From assembly GCA_964016885.1 (NCBI GenBank), contig OZ024747.1, positions 16,802,001 through 16,866,000 on the forward strand: 64,000 bases of DNA. Reading direction: 5' to 3'. Below are positions 39,086 through 54,773 of this stretch, in pieces (position 1 is the first letter of the stretch; the number at the start of each line of letters is the position of its first letter). A program made the position numbers and the translations under genes. The stretch is from Eledone cirrhosa (lineage: Eukaryota). The notes beneath the pieces were generated by a model that did no database searches, was not told the origin of the DNA, and saw only the letters and a list, made by a program, of their open reading frames with translations.

Positions 39086-41411
39086 ATGGAAAAACACTAC
39101 CTGGATATGTCACTCAAAAACATACCAACCCAAGATAAAAAGGAATACTTATTGAGTATGATTCAAAAAACTAATGAATTCATTCGACGTGTCAGGTGGA
39201 CAATGCTCCACTATGATAGAAGCCGTATGAACTCACCATCGGAAAGTGGTGTAAACAACAAATTTGGTTTTAGAACGTGTAAAAACCCACCCACCAACCC
39301 ACTATTAGATGCATTTGAGCAGGACTTCATGGACTTAATCCTTAAAATTAAATTCAAAGGACGTAACACCAACAACAAATTACAGAAAGATATTAAAAAA
39401 CTACTGGACGACCTTAAAAACACCAAAGGAATTGTAGTAAAAGCGGACAAAACATCAAACCTGTATACTATGGACTGCACTACATACAACAACTTCATTC
39501 GAAAAGAATTACATAAAAAATATAGAAAAACGAATGAAGTAACTCTTAAGCACATCAATGATGAGGCATGCGAAATAGTGAAAAATCTCGGGATCGAGGA
39601 TAGTACAGGACCACTCTTACCGGCGGTACCCACCTTCAATCTTAAGGACCATAAAGTAAACTTTGATAATGACCCTACAATTAGATTAATCTGCCCCTCT
39701 AAATCAGATATAGGTAAAATAAGCAAATATATCTTAGATAGAATCATCCCCCAAATTAAGGCTAAGGTTAACATTAAACTCTGGGGGAAGACCCAAGAAG
39801 CAATAAGATGGTTTAATAGCATTAGCAATAAGAATAAATCTAAGTTCATCCAGTTTGATATCGACGAATATTACTCATCGATATCACCTAAAACTTTGAA
39901 TAGAGCCATTAAGTTCGCTAAGTATAACTCTGACCTTACAAACGATGAAATTAAGATAATATTAGAAGCTAGGAAAACTATAGTCAAATTTGAGAACAGT
40001 TATTGGGTACGTCAAGATAGACCCTCTAACTTTGACATAACAATGGGCTCTAACGATTCGGCGGAAATAACTGATATTGTGGGGTTATTTATCGCCTTTA
40101 GACTCCAGGAAAAATTCAGCAATCTCCACGGCGGAATATACCGCGACGATGTTCTCCTCCTAGTTAAAAACCTAAATAACCAAAAACTAGAAAAATTACA
40201 CAAAGATATAAGAAAACTACTACTCGAAATAGGACTAACTATAACATATGAATACAACCTTAAAGTAGTTAACTTCCTGGATGTCACACTCAATTTAAAC
40301 TCTGGTCTGATTAAACCGTTTCATAAATTGAATGAAAATCTCAAGTACGTAAATGTTGGGTCTAACCACCCCATCTCTATAATTAAATCTATCCCTAAAA
40401 ATATTTCCCTTAGAATCTCGGGTCGATCTTCTAACATACAAGTATTTAAGGAACACGCCGAGTACTACGATAACGCCCTTAGTAAAGCAGGCTACCTCAA
40501 CAAAATAGAGTATATAGATGAGTACAATCAAAACACCCAAAATAAATCCCACATAGGTAGATATAATAACACAACACCAAACCACACTTACTACCATAGT
40601 ATACACACCAGTAAACCAACAAACAAAACTAATAGAAAGCGAGCGATGCAAAGAGTACTTATGGTATAACCCTGAATACAATAGTTCCATTAGTACAAAT
40701 TTACCAGTACTCTTCTTTAAAATAATTAAGAGACATTTTACTACATCACACAAATACCACAAAATCCTAAACCCTACCACTATAAGACTGTCATACTCTA
40801 CAGCGTTAAACCTTGAACAACACATAAAAAAGATCAATACTAGAAGGTTAAACGAAAACACTAAAAACTTAAGTACAAAGAACACAAAAAAAACAGTAGA
40901 CAATACACTACAGAACATAAATAAACCACACCTAAGTTCGTCCGCAATACTACTCCAGAGAAAACCCAACGTACACAACTGTAACTGCACCTATCCTGAC
41001 AACTGCCCCCTCGGCAATAACTGCCTGGAAAAAAATATTATTTATAAGTGTACCATTAAATCCGGAGGCAACGAGTGGTATTACGTAGGATCAATGGCTA
41101 CATCGTTTAAATCTCTATTATATAGGCATTCTTACTCAATAAAACACCAGAGCCAAAGAAATGTAACAATTTTAGCAGAAAAAGCTTGGACGCTCAGCGA
41201 TAGCGATCAAAAGTTTACCCTAAAATGGGAAAAATTAGCTAAAACCCAAAGCTTTTCCAGGAGCCAAAATTTCTGCAAATTGTGTAATCTTGAGATCTAT
41301 TACATAATCACACACAAGAGGAAATTGCTGAATAACAGAATTGAACGAACATTATTCTGCCGTCACCGAATTAAAACCCTTTTTTCCCACTACAAGCTGA
41401 ATATTACATAA
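39086..41411 (+). pseudogene. PLE reverse transcriptase plus GIY-YIG endonuclease, one +1 frameshift near 40643
   Basis: SLKNIP, KADKT, LKDHK..IRLICP, QFDIDEYYSSI, ITMGS, GIYRDD, NFLDVTL, SNHP. After the shift: WYNP, HKYHKI, CNCTYPDNCPLGNNC, IIYKC..YYVGS, CKLCNLE, CRHR. No other stop found. Confidence 0.95.
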
Positions 41412-41684
41412 AAGAGGGACATCCAACCAACTATATAAACCTCAATCTAGTTAGAAAAATATAAAAACAATCTCTTCTCAACATATATATGTATATTAAT
41501 AACCTTAAATTACCACACTAATAATGGAAAGATATGCTGATGAGAATAGGTGCAAATATGCTATAATGAATGTGTCTAAAAGCGACCATAAATATGTATA
41601 TATATGTGAAAATGTATATAAATAAGTAAATATATATATGTTTGATGTGTATAGTTAGATGTAAGTGCATTAATGTATTAAAGT

Positions 41685-41789
<105 letters not shown>

Positions 41790-42557
41790 GACTGGAGTAT
41801 GTGTGTATATATGTGTGTGTCTATACGTGTGTATATAAAGATAAGTTGAGTATGAAAATGTATACACATGAACGCGTATGTATGTACATGTATATATGTG
41901 TATATATATATATATGTATGTAAGTATGAGCATGTAAGTATGTGTATGTGAGTATATTTATTTTGTAGAGGTGTGCATATATGTTTGTGTGTGAATGCGT
42001 GGGCGAAAGGATACGTACACTTGAAAGAAAAATTTAAGTCTGAATGTTAATTAAGTGCAAACACAAAACCAACCACGCATATCTATACTATCTCTAATCC
42101 TTCTATAGATTTAGAAAGATAACCAATAATATATTCTATAAACATGTCAAAACAACAGATAGGAATCTAATTACTCACTGCCACCAAAAATTCTCACTGC
42201 TATCAAAAAACCACTCCCTCACCTATTCTTCTAACAACTTCACCCCTCCCTCCTAATATTCTCTAACAAACAGGTCCTCAGTAAAATTATTCCGATGAAA
42301 TGACAGTTGATAATAACATTAAAATATTGAATGTCTGCATAACTAATACTTTGTAGATATCAGCTGTTTTCAGGTTATGTAACTGTTATAGAAACACGTG
42401 TCAATAAATTCCTTTTAACTAAACTGTATCCATTAAAATCCTTCTATTTTTCTCCGGATTACTTTTGGAACTACAACTGGAACCGTCGAGCAAACTCTAC
42501 GTGAGCTGTCCATCTACTGTGTGTAATATTTATATTACAACACTACGGAAAATACTG

Positions 42558-42792
<235 letters not shown>

Positions 42793-44386
42793 CTGCTATG
42801 AAAATGCATAAACCTTCATCGCACCGTGACAGTTCTAGCAGTAATTTAGAATTAGCTAGTGAGGTTAATTATAAATAATGTAAAGGAAAACAGCCGGAAA
42901 TAGCTTGAATTCAATAACGGTATTTGGTTTGAATAGCATAATAATATTAGCGTTTGCTAATTTCGAAATTAAATCAACATCCTGTAATATTATATATTCA
43001 AATAATAATATTAATAATCGAAATACCAAATTACAACACTAATGATAGACTAATGTAGGAGGCCATATATGTTTCTAAAGTATTTGTATTCCAAACCTTA
43101 TAGAACAAGAAAAAGTGATGCTTTCTAATGTTAAGTGAAACATCATTGGCAATATTAAGGGAATAACTATTACAAACGTATAGCATTCAAATGTAATCAC
43201 ATCAAATACAGGAGAGTGAATTTTGATTATGAATATGGTACTTAATTCGATTTCTTTTGATTCAAATTTCCTTTTACAAATAATGATCAATACTTATTAG
43301 AAGATCGATCGATTGGTTATACTCAACACAATATGAATGATTCGGATAACCTCTGCATCATGCATTAAATGTCTGCCTGATCTGTCTTCGCGTTTCCTGA
43401 TAAAATAGTAAGTACCAGATATGCGTTGTGTACAATTAATTGACTGCATAGGCGCATTTTACTTGTTACTGCTGTTGTTGTTACTGTGGTTGTTGTTGCT
43501 TCCACTGTTGATACATCTTCTGCATTTCTTGATTGTGTTGATGTAGATGTAATTTCTGCTATTTAGCACACTGTCAGACCTTGTTGAGATAATCCATGAT
43601 CAAAGTCATTTCCACCCTGGAAATCCAGCATTTTAATTCCCCTTAATATATCCATGATTTCATTATGAAATATTCCCCAAGTCTAAGTTGGAATGACACA
43701 ATTTGATGGTAAAATGACAGTTATTTCTAGCACACAACTCGGTTGAAAGCGTCTCGTAGTCTTAAAACATTCTCAAATGAATGTGATGAAGTACCGTGTG
43801 TGTTGCACAAAAATCGTTCTGATAATTGATTATATATATGTTCTGTTATGTGTTCAAACGATACTGTAACGTAATTTGATTTCCATTATATTGCAGTTGA
43901 GTAAGAAACCAGCAATCTGATATTTGAACTTTGATTTGATCAAGTATACAGAGAGAATAATTATTGACATGGTAAAACTTTGGTCTCAGTATATACCTGT
44001 CTCCTTCTAAAAAATGTTGAGTCCAATTACAACCATCTATTTTATTCATCAATAGTATCTGTAATATTGGACGCAACAAAGAATATCCTATATGTCAGAC
44101 ATACAGGTGTTAGGGATCAGGTAGTGTAGTTCTGGTTTTCCTTTTTTTTCTAAACAGTAAAATAATATTAACGACTGGGATTACTGAGATCAGTCTTCTG
44201 CTTCATAATGTATTACCCAAGCAAACACCTCGACAACAACGACAACTACAACAGTTTCAGTGCTACAAAACATAGAAAGGAGATGTAAAAAGGTTAAGTA
44301 AATATAAATAGAACACTTAAGTTTGATTCGATTTCCTGTTGTCTCTATTTCTTTTCAAGTAGGCACCTCAGCTACGAAACCATGAC

Positions 44387-44590
44387 ATGAGGAAGATAAC
44401 TAAATACCCGATCGATTCCTGTTCATACCGGTCTGTCCTGGGCCCCATACTGCTGACCTCCTTCGTAAAAATTGTGGGAGCAGCTCACCCGAGGAAGGAC
44501 ATTTGTGAGGTTGGGTGGCTGTTGAACCGGGTGTCGTTAACCATTCTCCGCGACAATAGCTTTGCCATTTTCCACAAAGGGCACTGCTGA
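44387..44590 (+). pseudogene. Degenerate 3' fragment of a CRE-like (restriction-like endonuclease) non-LTR retrotransposon
   Basis: RKITKY...LGP..SFVKIVG...LLNRVSLTILRDNSFAI resembles the recalled CRE C-terminal motif L.QRLSLA.QRGNA. Confidence 0.5.
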
Positions 44591-45308
44591 AACACCATTA
44601 ATAATTGTGTGTAGAGTCCCGCTCCCACTATCTTAATTCCGTTGCTTAATTTTTATATTGTTTTTTTTTTCTTTTGCTTCTTTTCCTTTCGTTTTGTTTT
44701 CTTTGGGCCATATATATTGTCGAGCTTTCATCATATTTTCTGAAGTCCTTTTATTATAAAATTCGTTTCAGTAGCCGCTTATATCATTTTTACATTATTA
44801 ACTTGGTACAGATCTACTTGATCTCGTGAATCTACGAACTTAGTTCAAATCCTGTTTCAGTTTACTTTGTCTTTCAGTCATTTATCGTAAAATATAGATG
44901 GCTATTATTTCAATTGATTATTCTTATTCATTATAAATGTGAGTTAATGATAGAAATAAATAACTATAAAAATCGAAAAGAAGCGCATTGTACAGATAAA
45001 ATATTTTCCCAGCAACTCGATTCCACGGTCCATTTGATAGAACATTTCATAGTTGATTTACTATAATTATTCCATTGATATTTATTTGGTCTAATGCATC
45101 GGCAAGAAGTCGATTATTAGAATGCAAAATTCTGAGTTAGGGAGAACACGAAATAAAGTTGTTCCGTGCTACAATATGTCTTTGAAGAAGTATTGATTCC
45201 AGTTTCCTGCGTTGCATTTCGTTTATACCGCTTCTCCTGTCTACCTGAGATATGTCTCAATATCAATTTATTTCGTTTCCAGTAACAGTTGGTGTTTATT
45301 TTAAATAG

Positions 45309-45367
45309 TTAAAAATGAAATATTGAAACGGAATAGTATATGTGAACTGGAGCCCATAGAGCATGAG
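45309..45367 (+). CDS. Candidate short internal exon (KNEILKRNSICELEPIEHE)
   Basis: TTTATTTTAAATAG| acceptor, strong GAG|GTAAGC donor, one open frame. Confidence 0.3.
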
Positions 45368-45829
45368 GTAAGCACGCAATGAATAATATACTGCTGAGCA
45401 GGATTTAATTCGGTTTCTTCTTGTGTCACCCTTCGAATGTGAAGCATGCAAAACGTTCTAGTTCCAGACTGTCTAATTTCACATAGCATCAAGGATATCC
45501 CGTCCAGTGAGGTCAGTGTCTTTCGCCAACAAAGTCCTGGTGGTTATGATTGGACTCCCTATTCGGAACATAGTATCTTGTGACAAGAGAAACATTTTCA
45601 CTACATGTTCATCATGGCGAGACGAACAAGCAAGAACCAATGACGAGATTAAATGTTCAATGAAATTTGTAAGAGATCACAGGAAAGGAAAAAATTAAGT
45701 TTAAATACTAAGCAAGAAATGTAATGTATCAATATACAGTTTCAATGATCATACTATATAATTGATAATATTTATATTTTAGTTTATTGCCATAAAATGA
45801 AGTTAAACTAGCATTTTAGTTCAACCCAG

Positions 45830-45989
45830 CTGAATCAGTATACATCCCGCGTCCTTGTAGCTACGATTGGCAGAAAGAGCAACGTGAAATAAAGTGTCTT
45901 TGTCAAGTTCAAGGACATTTCGCGGCGTACTGTTCAGCAATAGAACTTACAACCTCACATTTGCGAATGCTAACCACCGTGCCACGCGT
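45830..45989 (-). mobile_element. Degenerate tRNA-derived SINE of a second family (OK-like)
   Basis: GTGAAATAAAGTGTCTT...CAAGGACA...GAACTTACAACCT...CTAACCACCGTGCCACGCG, the reverse complement of a tRNA-like head. Confidence 0.55.
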
Positions 45990-46062
45990 TTTAATAATAA
46001 CACTTACTTACTGTTAATACTTAAACTCCATTACATTTATCAGTATATCATAACATCGATTA

Positions 46063-46272
46063 GGTATTGCATTTTCTATATAATTGTTTTTACTTTAAGC
46101 ACAAGGCCAGCAATTATTCCAGTGTATTACTGGTACTTTATTTTATCGACCCCGTAAGGATGAAAGGTAAAGTTAACCTCGGCGGGATTTGAACTCAGAC
46201 CATAAAGGGCAGTAACTCTATGCTGCAATGCATGGAGTCCGACCCTCTACCGATACTGCCAATCTACCGCCA
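46063..46272 (-). mobile_element. tRNA/Meta-core SINE
   Basis: Homologous to 31523-31710; imperfect TSD ATTGC(A)TTTCTATATAAT. Confidence 0.88.
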
Positions 46273-46788
46273 ATTGCTTTCTATATAATAAAATTAAACC
46301 AGGCTTGGATCATTTTTATGATTTCCTATATCGAAAGAGTAATTTTCACATCAACAGAAAGTCATATGTTTGTGCGGTTTCATCATAGATGGTTAATTTG
46401 CCTCAGGTTAATGATTTAACTATAATATGTTTATCTGTGTTAAAACTAATCGTTACATCTTAAAATGTGGAGTTAAAAGAATCGATTTAAATACTGTAGG
46501 CTATTTGAATTATATATCTCACATCTCATCACACTTTGTGCCCCTTCCAACTATAAATTTTAAATGTAGATTGCTTCATATGGCTGCCAGCTAAAGTGAC
46601 CAGGATGAAAAATGAATTTACATTCTCATTAAACGTATTGGCTGTTTATATAATTATTGTGTGAATATGTACTACGTTATTTAATCCCTCTCCTCGACAA
46701 CCTAATGTATATACATAAACTTCCAAACTATCTATATCTATATCTGCAAATATATATATATATATATATGAAAAGATGCAGGACACTT

Positions 46789-46910
46789 GTTCGGATCTAG
46801 CTGTCGAAACGGCCGTAGCTCAGCAGTAGGTGTCCTGAATCTGTTCATATTACCCACTCTGCTAAACCATGTATCGACTACTCTAGCTGGTGTTTACCAT
46901 ACCCTCTCTT
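46789..46910 (+). mobile_element. Family A pLTR fragment with hammerhead 3' half
   Basis: TTCGGATCTAGCTGTC-GAAAC-GGCC-GTA-GCTCAGC. Confidence 0.65.
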
Positions 46911-46946
46911 ACACACACACAGACACAAACACACACACACACACAG

Positions 46947-46992
<46 letters not shown>

Positions 46993-46996
<4 letters not shown>

Positions 46997-47952
46997 GTGG
47001 TTACACAACAGTTAGTTCACCATACCGAGAACAATTGTTTCACCTTAGCGGATCTTCAGCTCGGGATGTGCATGGTTATAGGAACAGGAAGGACAACCGT
47101 ACGAACGTACATGCGCAGAAACTCGGTCACTTCACAGAGGCAATACTAGACTGCGTGCGAGAGGTGTAAGGGAGATAACTGCGAAAGGTTTTAGGTTGAA
47201 AATAAAATTTAAAAAATTAAATTACAAAGAATCAGTCCGGAGCATTGTAGTTATGCAATAGATGTTTGGTGACGTGTGGACAACGTGTAAAAAATTTACA
47301 CCTCGTGTTTAGGCAATCACTATTGCGTAATCTCTTTAGAATAGTTATTCGTTCGTCAATACATAAGCCACACGTCGGATTTCCCCTTGCGTATGGCTTG
47401 GACTTAGTGATGGCTTTCCATTGGATGGAGTAGTCTATAGTTGTCCTTGAGGGACCATACGTGGCTCGCGAGTTTCGTGGATGAACGTATGTCCGGGTAT
47501 TTGAAGGTAAACTGGTGGTTCAGGAAACGGTCCTTGAATCGGCCCTCCGCTATGCCCACATAGGATTTGACCTCCCGTGGTTCGTTTGGTCGGTTGGAAG
47601 TGACAACAGCTTCATAGATTACAGCTGGTGTGTTGCATTGCTGTTGAAGGGGGCAAACTTCAGGCCTACGGCAAGAGCACCCTGGTGGGGTGTTGCTCCT
47701 AGGGCTGCTGGTGATGTGGGCCTTCATGTTCTTAGCGCAGGAGTATCCTAGTTTCACTTTGTGTCGCATGCGCGTCCGTACGGTTGTCTTTCCTGTTCCT
47801 ATAACCATGCACATCTCGAGCTGAAGATCCGCTAAGATGAAACAATTGTTTTCGGTATGGTGAACTAACTGTTATGCAACCACTTCTACCTAACTCGTCC
47901 CTTGGACTGAGTGCTCTACCAGTACGGATATTACCTTCCTGTACTCCACCAC
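46993..47952 (-). mobile_element. 5'-truncated PLE (family B) with inverted pLTRs; hammerheads at 47025-47064 (-) and 47816-47855 (+)
   Basis: 46993-47116 is the reverse complement of ~47767-47888; GIY-YIG lies between them; (TA)n on both sides. Confidence 0.92.
47232..47770 (-). pseudogene. PLE GIY-YIG endonuclease fragment (frameshifted)
   Basis: VKLGYSCAKNM, CSCRRPEVCPLQQQC, VIYEA...YVGIAEGRFKDRFLNH, STKLASHVWSLKD; after the shift CGLCIDE and CPH. Confidence 0.9.
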
Positions 47953-48005
<53 letters not shown>

Positions 48006-49562
48006 TTATGGAAGTGACGGCTGAGGGAAATGAGTACTCAATAAGAGATTAGAGTTAAAATATTAATGTTATTAAAGCTAAAACATGAGTCTTGCTACGA
48101 TGGAGTTTCACCTGTTTATCACAGGGTCATCGATGACCGTGTAAGAAAATGAATATATATATAATTCAAATTCTCTCCCTCAGTTTTCTCCTCCTCAGTA
48201 TAAATAAAGATATGTTCTGATATAGTTAATATATATAAGGGCAATGAATGCGAGTGGTATCAATCGACCACCTATTAATAAAAGTGATGTAGAATTACGC
48301 AGAGATCATAAAGTGAAGTGTTACCGGACTGAATACACTTTAGTGCATGTGGTTGGCATTTTGATTGAAACTTGCTCAGTCATTTGTTTCTTCAGATTCC
48401 ATAAAATAATATATAAATGTTTTAACTTAGAACCGATTCACGTAATAGCTTTTCAATAGGAATTATAGTTCCAACATGCTAGTATAACCATAACGCCATA
48501 AAAGAATGGAAACTATTTTCTTTGATAGCATTACACTTATGCACATTTTAAAAGTTAAATCTGCTTCTAAACAAGCAAGTATATCCGATCGCTTTTTAAG
48601 TCTCTCATAGAGTTACTCCCTTTATAATGGGTCTTTAAACCCGAAAATATTTGGGATCGTTTAATTTGCTGACAATTTAACATTTTCATACACATTGTTT
48701 TGGTATTCAAGATTTGTGTTATATATATATATCTATGTGTGTGTTGTGTGTGTGTGTATGTGTATGCGTGTCCGTGTGCGCGTGTGTGAGTGTATGTGTC
48801 TGTGCGTGTGTGTGTGGGTGTGTGTGGGCGTGGGTGTGTGTGTTTGCATGTGTTTGATGGTGAGCGTACGTGTGTATGTAGCTGTGCGTGTCTGGGTGTG
48901 TATTTATATTTCGGTGTTGCTATGGACCCACATTTTTATTAAAATGAATCGAATTTACATTACGGAAACTCTACTTCTGACATCATAATCTATCATTTCC
49001 TAGCAGTATTAAATCAGTAATTTAAACGTCTCAATGTCCAAAGTGATGTAGCATTTTGTAAAGTATCGTCAGCGGCAGAATAGCTTGAAACTGATTAAAT
49101 GGACTAAGATAATCAATCTGTCAAGAATCCTTATTAACAGATGTTTATAATTTAATAAAGAATCTATACAGCATATTGCATTAAATTCTAGTTCACAGGA
49201 AGTAATGTGACTAAAGTAATAACTATATATCATTCACCAACATTCGCAATATATTCAAGGAATGTATCTTCTGTACATTTTTTCATTCATGTTATAGGAT
49301 ATCTCTGTTTTTCAGTTCTTTAAGTTTAAATAAGGCTTCATTTTGACAATAATTTGTTTCATGATAAAATATGAGAAATAATTTATAGATTACTTAAGTA
49401 GAAATTACTGATTAGAGGCTTTTAACAATAAAAATGTAAAGCTATTACAGATAATTTGTTAATATAATATGAAAATACATTTATTCGTAATTCCTGTATT
49501 TGTTTTGTGACAATTAAAGATCGTAATATTCGTGGAATTTATAGGTATTCAAACTCTTTAAG

Positions 49563-49688
<126 letters not shown>

Positions 49689-50322
49689 TGTGTGTGTGTT
49701 TGTGTGTGTGTGTGTGCGTGTATGTATATACATGTGTGTGTGCGAGTGTGTGTATGAAGTTTGTATGTATATATATATATATGTGCTTGTGTGTGTATGC
49801 GTATACATATATTTCATATGAGATAAAAGAGAGAAAATTAATATATTGCTTATTTTATTAGTAACTATATGGATCTGACCTCCGTGATATTTTAATCCGT
49901 ACGAATATGCTAGAATTTGAATATGATAAAAGAAAAAGGTATGGGAAAGTTTTTAAAGATTGTAATGTTTCCACACACAAATGGGGAGGGGGGGGGGGGA
50001 TTGAAGCAAAGCATATGTAAATAAATACATATATAAATGAAAAGTATTACTCTGAAATGGGGGGAAATATGAGAGAGAATGTCATAAGTGTTATCCAAAA
50101 TCTATGGAAATTCATATATGCTCGTCTATATTTAAAATCCATGTCTCAATAGCGGTCGTGAGGGTTTGAATCACATAACTTATGATACAGTCCTTATATA
50201 GAACCCCACAATAGAAAAGCGTGATCTTGAATATAATAAAGATTTAAATAACATTAACGTAAGTAGAAAGAAATGCGAAATCAATTGCATTTTACTGTGT
50301 TAATTTGGAAAGATATATATAT

Positions 50323-50392
<70 letters not shown>

Positions 50393-51553
50393 TATATATA
50401 TTATATATATATATATATATAATATATATATTATATATATATATTATATATAATATATATTATATATATATATATTATATATAATATATATATTATATAT
50501 ATATATATGCATTATATATATATATATATAATATATATTATATATAATATATATATATATATAATATATATATATAAAATATATATATATAAATATGTAT
50601 ATAATATATATATATATAATATATATATAAATATATATATATATATTTATATATATATTTATGAAGATTTAGATATTATTATTACTCTGGTGCCAAAAAG
50701 TAAAAGCAATTTTTACTATATATATATTACATATATATATATATAATATATATATATATTCATTCGGTATAAGTTGTAGGTTCCACATAGCAGGTACTCT
50801 TCATGTTTGAGGCAATATATATATATGTATGTGTATGTGTGTGTGTGTATGTGTGTGTGTATGTGTATGTGTATGAATGTGTGCGTGTGTGTGTGTACGT
50901 ACGTATGTGTGTGTGTTTGAGTGTGTATATAGTACTATTCGTGTTTGAAGCACTATATATATATATATAAACGTCTGTGTGTGTGTGTGTGTGTGCGTGT
51001 GTATGTGTGTGTGTATGCATGTGTATGTGTGTAGGTTTGTATGCGTGAGTGTATGTTGGGTATTGTGGTGTGTTTGAGAGCAGGTATTCGAGAGACACCT
51101 ATTTCTGAAAGACAATATTAAGATTTAGATATGTTATATATATGTTGTTATTCACATGCATGATTCTCTGAAAATGACATATTCAACATTGCTTTCTCTC
51201 CCTGGAGAAATATGTCAATGCATATGACCTGGAAATGCGAACACACACACACTTACACCCGCGCACACATACACACATACGTACACACACACAGACACAC
51301 ACATACAAACGGCTGAGTATTTGTGCGTATCCGGGTGAGCTTTTGAAGAAAGTAATGGAGCAATATACATATTCTGGTTTTGATTTAGTGGTCTGCATAT
51401 GCATAATTCACGGACAAAGACGCATGCATGTATTCAATATCTTTGTCTTTCTCCATAAAAATATATTAATGTATACTAGCTCATAGTAAGAATAAACGAG
51501 CACACACACACACACTCATACTTATATATATAAATATATATACATATATATAT

Positions 51554-51602
<49 letters not shown>

Positions 51603-51616
51603 GTATATATATATAC

Positions 51617-51647
<31 letters not shown>

Positions 51648-51732
51648 AATATATATATATAAATATATATATATATACATATGCATATATATATATATAT
51701 ATACACACATATATATGTATATATATATACAC

Positions 51733-51765
<33 letters not shown>

Positions 51766-51799
51766 AATATATATAAGTATGTATATAGGCATATATATA

Positions 51800-51896
<97 letters not shown>

Positions 51897-51995
51897 ATAT
51901 AGGCATATATATGCATATATATATATAGGCATATATATATATATAAGCATATATATATAAGTATGTATATAGGCAAATATATATAAGTATGTATA

Positions 51996-52214
51996 TAGGC
52001 ATTGCTTTATATCTGGAGGTCTCTCTGCACTTGTCGTCACATGGTACTGTGGGCCAGCACTGTGTCATAAATTGTCACATGTGTAGTAGTTGTACCAGAG
52101 TTTTCAAGTCGCTGGCTGGACTAAAAAGGCACACCCATTCAGCGCATCTGTAGGGGTTCTCCTACATGGATATAAAGTAGTGGCCTTACTCGAAAACGAG
52201 TTGGCAGCCACCAT
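51996..52214 (+). mobile_element. Family X truncated copy inside a long TA-derived tract
   Basis: Reverse complement of 30768-30990; same GCCACCAT/(TA)n end. Confidence 0.78.
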
Positions 52215-52248
52215 ATGTATATATAAGTATGGATATGTAAATGTATCC

Positions 52249-52309
<61 letters not shown>

Positions 52310-52333
52310 TACATATATATATATATACATATA

Positions 52334-52431
<98 letters not shown>

Positions 52432-52438
52432 CATATAC

Positions 52439-52651
<213 letters not shown>

Positions 52652-52690
52652 TATACATATATATATATATATATACATATATACATATAC

Positions 52691-52749
<59 letters not shown>

Positions 52750-52788
52750 TGTATATATACATATATATATACATATATTTATACTTTG

Positions 52789-52838
<50 letters not shown>

Positions 52839-54388
52839 CATATGAGAGAGTACTAACTTTAGTTTCTATGTACGTATCTATTCCTCTGAGTGGAAAGATC
52901 AAATGTATGTATTTGGTTCATATGTTCAATATTACCTTACAGTCCTTCATCTTCTACTACTTTCAAGTTTGAAGTTAGTGTTGCCACTACAATTATAACT
53001 GAATATCATGAGGTCAATATAGATGCATCGGTGAACATAGGCATTTTCATTGTACAGTTGATCTTCACTATTTTATTGTCCAACACGTGTTGAGTTTAGG
53101 GAAGCAACACAAAGCCAGGGATTGTACAATATTTATGATTTGGTTCTGTGTCGACTTATATTAGACCATTGGCGTAGTATTGAAAACTTATATTACTGCA
53201 TAAATATTTGTTCAGAATATATTATAGTGTTTTGCTACATTACTTATGGGGACAATATTCCAATTAAGAAAAACAATTTTAGAAACATTTTACTTATATA
53301 GAATGCCTCCTGAAATCTATGCCTTTTAAATCAATATGGGATGTTTAGAGTGCTGTCCATCTGCTATAGCTATCAGGACATAGCGCTGAATTTCCATGAA
53401 TCTATCGCCAATTTAATAAACCGAAAGACGAATAACGCTCACTCAACCAATGTTTACATCAAGTACACCTTAATATTTTAAGAGCACTTCGTCGTATGTT
53501 AGGCTTCAGGTTAATATCCGTATTTGGATGTTGTAATAGTTGATTGGACTCTGTGACGACATCAACGGTGTCTCTAGGAGTGCTCCAAACCTAGCCAAAT
53601 TACAGTATAATTTCATTTAAAAACATTCATTGCTTCATATACACCTGGGTTTCGTATAGAAAATAATGCACACCTACCTCTAGAATATTTTAGTTTCTAC
53701 ATTTACAATAATAGGAATGCCTAGGAGTTAAGCATCTAAATCAATAGTAGTAAGTTGAAATAAATCGGCTCCACATGCATAATATAAGTTCTTTTTTATA
53801 GTGATTATATATCATTATAGTGTACATAATAAATTGATCTTTTGATGTGTTATTCTTTGACGTGATATTTTTAAAAACCTCGCCATAGTATTTCTCCAGC
53901 ATACCTAGTCAGTATTCAAATATGATCATTTAAATTACAGCATTACATTTCAATTTCTAGAAAGATATTCAATAGAATTAGTGTTTTGAAGCGTATAAGT
54001 ACATAATATATGATAAATATAATTTTTATTACTTATACCTTCAATTAATACCCGAGAAAAAGCCATTGGGTAGTAGCTGATACTCGATAAGTTATTTACA
54101 TATTCCACTCACATCTGTATTAAATCAGACATAATTTATTTTCTGATTCAATCAGTCTTTGTAACCAATGGTTTTCCATTATATATTGACCAATACAGCT
54201 AACCATATTGAATTCGTAAACGGGAATTAATTATGCTATTGAAGGAAATAATTAAAGCATCGAATTGCGGAAATTACTCGGGTTTTACTCAGTAAGAATT
54301 CAGCCTTTTTTTTATATTTTTAAGTGTATTTCACTTGTGTTTTTTCATCACTTCATTTTACAATTTAGTACACGTGTGATTATTTGAT

Positions 54389-54475
<87 letters not shown>

Positions 54476-54773
54476 TTTTGTGTATGTCTGGATGTGTACC
54501 TGAATGTGAGTGTGTGTCTGTGTGTTGTGGCGTCTCACATGCCAACTACTGTGGGAAAAAGCAAAAGGGATAACGTCTACAATAACATTAAAATGAAACT
54601 TTTAAGAAGAATGGGACAATATAATAGTAAGACAATATAATAAAGTCTACTAGTGAAATTAACCATCAATCAGTGTTCTTGTTTCTACGTGCAAAATATA
54701 TTCACATCGCAGTATGCTTTCCAAGAATGTGTACTTTATATATATATATTTATATATGTTTTATATGTTTAAA

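Noticed and set aside
39211-40990. Long antisense ORFs (212, 93 and 231 aa)
   Set aside because: Shadow frames of the A/C-rich PLE coding strand; no motifs.
39086-41411. Selenoprotein (UGA/SECIS) recoding as reported for some Naiad PLEs
   Set aside because: Conserved cysteines are TGT/TGC, no in-frame TGA was found, and no convincing SECIS helix was seen.
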